From positions 1 to 56,718 of the forward strand of contig CAWIEK010000005.1 in the NCBI GenBank assembly GCA_963835065.1: DNA of 56,718 bases, written 5' to 3'. Below the pieces are notes generated by a model. The model ran no database searches and was not told where the DNA came from. It saw only the letters and a list, made by a program, of their open reading frames with translations. Numbering within the stretch: the stretch's first letter is position 1; every line of letters starts with the position of its first letter. Below, in pieces: positions 52,287 through 56,718 of the stretch. The DNA comes from an uncultured Chthonomonadaceae bacterium (GTDB taxonomy: Bacteria; Armatimonadota; Chthonomonadetes; Chthonomonadales; Chthonomonadaceae). The translations under genes were made by a program, and so were the position numbers.

Positions 52287-55200
52287 ATGTGGTTCACCCG
52301 ACTAGCCATTGCCCGCCCGATACTTATCTGGATGGTCCTGCTCGCGATTGCGATCCTGGGACTGCTGGCGTATTTTCGCCTGCCTGCCGAACTCAACCCC
52401 CGCGTTGACATTCCTACCTTAACGATTACAACCGTCTATCCGGGAGCCGGTCCGCCCGAAGTGGAAACGCAGTTGAGTAAGCCGCTGGAAGAAGTAGTCG
52501 GGGCAGTGCCGGGCGTTCGGGACGTGTATTCCAGTTCGCAGGCCAATGTGTCGCTGATCAGCATGAACTTGCAGGTGGGCACGAATCTGGATGTCGCTTC
52601 AGCGAACGCGCGCGGGCGGATTGAAACGGTTCGGGCGCAGTTGCCGCCGGGCGCAAACGCCCCGGTTGTCGCCAAACTGGACCTCAACGCGCAGCCGATT
52701 TTATATTACGGCCTGACCGCTCCCTCTCAATCCGTGCAGCAGTTGCGCGTTCTGGCTGATGACACCCTGCGCCCCCGTTTGGAGCGCGTACCCGGCGTGG
52801 CAAGCGTACAGGTGTTGGGCGGCAGGAAGCGCGAAATCCACGTAGACGTAGATTCCCTGCGTCTGACTGCCAACCACCTGACAATGGAAGATGTGGTCAA
52901 CGCCCTCAAAGCGTCCGGGCGCGATGTTCCCGGCGGTGTCGTGTCGCAGGGCAACCGCGACACCGACGTGCGCCTGTCCGCTTCCTTCACCTCCCTCGAC
53001 ACGATCCGAAATACGCAGATTTTAGGGAACAGGGGACAGGGAACAGGGAACAGTCTCCCCCCAACACCCAACACCCAATACCCAATACCCACCCCTCCCC
53101 TGACAATTGCCGATGTTGCCGACGTGACCGACGCTCTGGCCGAGCCTGCCAGCGTGAACCGGATTAACGGGCAGGCGGGGGTTAGTTTGGTGCTGCTGAA
53201 ATCGCCGGATTCCAGTACGGTGACGGTGGTAAACGCGGTCAAGCAGGAACTGGCTTTGCTCACGCCGGACTTGCCGAAGGACTTGAAACTGGTTGTCCTG
53301 CGCGACGATGGGGCAACCGTCAGCGAAGCCCTGAGCGATGTGGATACCAGCCTGGTGTTGGGCGCGCTGCTCGCCATTGTCGTGATTTTGCTGTTTCTGC
53401 ACAATCTGCGTGGCACGTTTATTGTCTCGCTTGCTATTCCCGCCTGCATGGTGGCGACGTTTCTGGTGATGTATCTGGCGGATTTTACCCTCAATCAAAT
53501 GACGCTGCTGGCGTTGTCGCTGTCGGTCGGGATTCTGGTGGATGACAGCATTGTGGTGCTGGAAAGCATTACGCGGCATTTGAATGAGGGCGAGTCGCCC
53601 CAGGAAGCGGCCATTAATGGACGGGCGGAAATCGGGTTCGCGGACATTACGACGACACTGGTAGATGTCGTTGTCTATGTGCCGATTGCGTTCATGGGCG
53701 GCATTGTGGGCGGGTTCTTCAAGCAGTTCGGGTTGTGCATCGCCACCGCAACCCTGTTTTCGCTTGTCGTTTCGTTTTCACTGACGCCGATGCTGGCGGC
53801 GCGCTGGTACAAGAAGGGCGAAAATCTGGAGAAAAAGCGCGGCCTGTACGCGCTTCTCGACAGGCTGTTTCTGGCCCTGCAAACCCGTTATCGCCGCGTG
53901 ATTGGCTGGGCCTTGCGCCGCCGCTGGATTGTGCTGCTCGTGAGCGTACTGGCGCTTGGCGGGATATTTGCGATTGCCTTTACGCATTTGGGGTTTGAAT
54001 TCCTGCCCGGCTCGGATCAGGGGCAGATCGCCATCAGCATCGAAATGCCGCCCGGAACCGGTTTGGATGCGACCACGCAGGCGGCGCAGAAGGTGGAGCA
54101 GGCGATAGGACAGCGCCCGGATGTACTGGCGTCCGTAACAAACGTGGGGCAGATTTTGGGTGGGTTCGGTTCCATTCCGCAGCAGGGAGCGCAGTACGCG
54201 CAAATCAACCTGCGGCTTGTGGACAAGACAACCCTTCTTGATCGATTCCGCCATTCCAGTCAGCGATTGCGCAGTCAAACCGATCAGGAGATTACCACGC
54301 AGTTGCGCAAGCAGTTGAAGCCGCTGGAGCGAACATTGGGCGGCAAGGTGAGCGTGTCTTCGGTGCGTTCGGTGACGGGCATTTCGCTGCCGGTCAACAT
54401 TCAAATGCGCGGCGCGGACGTCAACCAACTGACCCATTTTGCCGAACAGGTGCGCGACGAGCTGCAAGCCATGCCGGAACTGCTCGACCCGGACGTGTCC
54501 ACGCGCAGCGGCAAGCCGGAAGTGCGCGCGCAGATAGACCCGGTTCGCGCGGCGCAATTGAACGTTCCCCCGTCCTTTGCGGGCGCGATTGTGCGTGACG
54601 CCATTGCGGGCAACACGGACGCCGTTTATCGAGATACCAGTCAGGGTAACGAGTTTCCCATTCGGGTGCGGCTGGCGGATGTGGATCGGAACGACCCCGC
54701 AGACGTGGGAAACGTGGTTGTGAGTTATGATACGGGCGGCAACCCCATCGCCCTTGCGGACGTGGCCGACATAGAAACCGAAAGCGGGCCGAGCGCCATT
54801 GAGCGCAACAACGGACAGCGCATGGTCACGGTCACGGCCAATCTCGCGCCGGGTATTCCTCTGGGCAACGCGCAGCAGCTCATTCAGCGCAACGTTTTGG
54901 ACAAACTGCCCCACCCCAACATCAATATCCACTGGAGCGGCGAAACTGAAACCCTCAACGAAAACGCCATACCGTTCGCAACCGCGCTGATTTTGGCGGG
55001 CATACTCGTGTACATTGTAATGGCATCTCTGTTCAACAACTTGGGAACGCCGTTCGTGATTATGTTCGCGCTCCCGATGGCTTTAGTGGGCGCGTTGGGC
55101 GCGTTGGTAATCACGGGCGAAACCATGTCGCTGATCGCGGCAATCGGCATTATCATGCTCGTCGGCCTGATGGGACGCAACGGCATTCTGCTGCTCGACT

Positions 55201-55481
55201 ACGCCAATACCCTGCGCGCGCGCGGCATGGAACGCAACGCAGCCTTGATAGAAGCCGGGGCCACCCGCCTGCGCCCCATTTTAATGACCACAACCGCTAC
55301 CATTGTCGGCATGATGCCCGTCGCCCTGCGCATCGGCAAAGCCAGCGAAGTGCGCGCACCGATGGCGATTGTCGTGATTGGCGGCCTGCTCGTGTCCACC
55401 GTCCTGACCCTCGTTCTCATCCCCGTCCTCTACTCTCTCTACGACGACCTGACCGGCAAAAAGCCAACGGTCAAGGGGTGA
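52287..55481 (+). CDS. Efflux RND permease (AcrB family)
   Basis: YPGAGP.EVE, GILVDDSIVVLE, RLRPILMTT. Confidence 0.95.
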   Translation: MWFTRLAIARPILIWMVLLAIAILGLLAYFRLPAELNPRVDIPTLTITTVYPGAGPPEVETQLSKPLEEVVGAVPGVRDVYSSSQANVSLISMNLQVGTNLDVASANARGRIETVRAQLPPGANAPVVAKLDLNAQPILYYGLTAPSQSVQQLRVLADDTLRPRLERVPGVASVQVLGGRKREIHVDVDSLRLTANHLTMEDVVNALKASGRDVPGGVVSQGNRDTDVRLSASFTSLDTIRNTQILGNRGQGTGNSLPPTPNTQYPIPTPPLTIADVADVTDALAEPASVNRINGQAGVSLVLLKSPDSSTVTVVNAVKQELALLTPDLPKDLKLVVLRDDGATVSEALSDVDTSLVLGALLAIVVILLFLHNLRGTFIVSLAIPACMVATFLVMYLADFTLNQMTLLALSLSVGILVDDSIVVLESITRHLNEGESPQEAAINGRAEIGFADITTTLVDVVVYVPIAFMGGIVGGFFKQFGLCIATATLFSLVVSFSLTPMLAARWYKKGENLEKKRGLYALLDRLFLALQTRYRRVIGWALRRRWIVLLVSVLALGGIFAIAFTHLGFEFLPGSDQGQIAISIEMPPGTGLDATTQAAQKVEQAIGQRPDVLASVTNVGQILGGFGSIPQQGAQYAQINLRLVDKTTLLDRFRHSSQRLRSQTDQEITTQLRKQLKPLERTLGGKVSVSSVRSVTGISLPVNIQMRGADVNQLTHFAEQVRDELQAMPELLDPDVSTRSGKPEVRAQIDPVRAAQLNVPPSFAGAIVRDAIAGNTDAVYRDTSQGNEFPIRVRLADVDRNDPADVGNVVVSYDTGGNPIALADVADIETESGPSAIERNNGQRMVTVTANLAPGIPLGNAQQLIQRNVLDKLPHPNINIHWSGETETLNENAIPFATALILAGILVYIVMASLFNNLGTPFVIMFALPMALVGALGALVITGETMSLIAAIGIIMLVGLMGRNGILLLDYANTLRARGMERNAALIEAGATRLRPILMTTTATIVGMMPVALRIGKASEVRAPMAIVVIGGLLVSTVLTLVLIPVLYSLYDDLTGKKPTVKG

Positions 55482-55491
55482 GGCGGTGATA

Positions 55492-55520
55492 TTGACCGGA
55501 GGCAACTTGTGCGCTATAAT
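55492..55520 (+). promoter_or_regulatory. Promoter of the TA module
   Basis: TTGACC-17 nt-TATAAT. Confidence 0.6.
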
Positions 55521-55553
55521 GAACAAAGAACGCGGTAATGGAGGATTAGAATT

Positions 55554-55802
55554 ATGGTAGTTGTCAACATTTCCCTTCCCGACCAGATGAAGCAGTACAT
55601 AGATACGCAACTCAATGAGGGCGGCTACAACGACACCAGCGCGTTTATTTATGATCTGATTTCAGCAGATCAAAAACGACGGGCGCAGGAGCGTTTAGAA
55701 ATGCTGCTTCAGGAGGGGCTTGACAGTGGAGAGCCGATTGAACTGACCGACGTAACTGTTCAGCAGATGCGTCGAGAGTTGATAGAGCTAATCAAGTTTT
55801 AA
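55554..55802 (+). CDS. ParD-family (RHH) antitoxin
   Basis: NISLP..MK.YID....GGY...S, LL.EGLDSG. Confidence 0.8.
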   Translation: MVVVNISLPDQMKQYIDTQLNEGGYNDTSAFIYDLISADQKRRAQERLEMLLQEGLDSGEPIELTDVTVQQMRRELIELIKF

Positions 55803-55914
55803 TAAATACCTGATTTTCTACCGCGAAACACCAACAGGTATTGAAATCATCCGGGTGCTGCACGGAGCCAGAGACATTGACCGTATTCTGGAACGGGAGA
55901 GCGGAAGCGAATAA
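55798..55914 (+). pseudogene. C-terminal remnant of a ParE/RelE toxin
   Basis: KYLIFYRE...IEIIRVLHGARDI with no start or N-terminal half. Confidence 0.75.
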
Positions 55915-55953
55915 AGATGGCTTTGGTAGAATGGAACAGAAGGACACAAAATT

Positions 55954-56247
55954 ATGGAGACAGTAAACGTTCCCCTGACACCGGAACTCGCGGAACTGGT
56001 CAATGCAAAAGTGGCGAACGGCCTGTACCCTTCGGCCACAGAAGTAATTCGCGCAGGATTGCGCCTGCTTCAAGAACAGGATGAAATCCGCCGTTTACGG
56101 CTGGAAGAACTGCGCCGAGAGATTGAGCGCGGCGAAGCAAGTCTGGCGCGAGGCGAGTCGCGCGTCTTCCACTCCGGCGAAGAACTGGCGGCGCACATCG
56201 AAGCTGAAGGGCGGAAACTTCTAGCAGAGCGAAAGGCAATCAAGTGA
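55954..56247 (+). CDS. parD: ParD-family antitoxin
   Basis: NVPLTPEL, GLYPSATEVIRAGLRLL. Confidence 0.85.
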   Translation: METVNVPLTPELAELVNAKVANGLYPSATEVIRAGLRLLQEQDEIRRLRLEELRREIERGEASLARGESRVFHSGEELAAHIEAEGRKLLAERKAIK

Positions 56248-56573
56248 TCCGCAGACTGGTAATTTCGCGTGACGCAGAAACAGACTTGACGCTCATTTGG
56301 GTCTACTATGCAGAACGAAGCGAACGCGCTGCAAAGCGCATCCGCTACGAAATTTCTTCCAACTATGATCTTCTGCTGCAATTTCCGAGCATGGGACGGA
56401 GGCGGGAAGAGTTACGCAAAGGGTTGCGCAGCTTCCCTGTTGATGATTACGTGATCTTCTATCGTGAACTCACGGATGGCATCGAAGTGCTGCGTGTATT
56501 ACATGGCGCACAAGATGTTGCCGGCGTGTTTTCGTTTGAGGAAGACACCGAGGAATTGCCACCCATTGAATAG
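56244..56573 (+). CDS. parE: ParE/RelE family toxin
   Basis: A..DL..I..Y, FPSMGRRR, YVIFYR, VLRVLHG; GTGA overlap with the antitoxin. Confidence 0.88.
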   Translation: MIRRLVISRDAETDLTLIWVYYAERSERAAKRIRYEISSNYDLLLQFPSMGRRREELRKGLRSFPVDDYVIFYRELTDGIEVLRVLHGAQDVAGVFSFEEDTEELPPIE

Positions 56574-56600
56574 TTGACCGACATTGCACCGATGTAGAAG

Positions 56601-56718
56601 CCTATTGCCTTGCGCATCGGCAAAGCCAGTGAAGTGCGCACGCCAATGGCGATTGTCGTGATCGGCGGCCTGCTCGTTTCCACCGTCCTGACCCTCGTTC
56701 TCATCCCCGTCCTCTACT
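56601..56718 (+). repeat. Diverged direct copy of the RND gene 3' end (runs off window)
   Basis: 108/118 identical to 55317..55434. Confidence 0.92.

Noticed and set aside
52287..55481. RND gene as hpnN
   Set aside because: Motifs and the MFP/TolC partners indicate the AcrB type, not MMPL/HpnN

Overview
GC-rich bacterial chromosome segment, probably Armatimonadota (inferred from 16S variant positions and gene content, not database-checked). It holds the 5' part of a 16S rRNA gene, a solo IS200/IS605 TnpB, pth, an orphan CcrM/M.HinfI-like methyltransferase, BlaI/BlaR1, two GGT-family genes, Ada-AlkA/ogt, an ABC-2 exporter, a GH29 fucosidase, thiN, ligA, a SigH-like sigma factor, a hopanoid cluster (shc, GT2, hpnH, hpnA, ispH, hpnG), a TolC-MFP-RND operon and ParDE modules. 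Four signals stand out. (1) About 20 elements, many palindromic, are built from tandem 7-nt units whose sequence differs by locus; they sit at gene junctions, in-frame inside ligA, ggt, alkA and the efflux genes, and inside the 16S rRNA. (2) A dispersed cassette occurs twice (12001..12296 + and 44468..44695 -): ECF-type promoter, SD, 8-codon micro-ORF ending CCC-UGA, then a conserved ~100-nt tail. (3) GANTC sites cluster at the methyltransferase promoter. (4) The RND gene 3' end is duplicated around the TA modules. Seven single-base frameshifts probably reflect long-read consensus errors.
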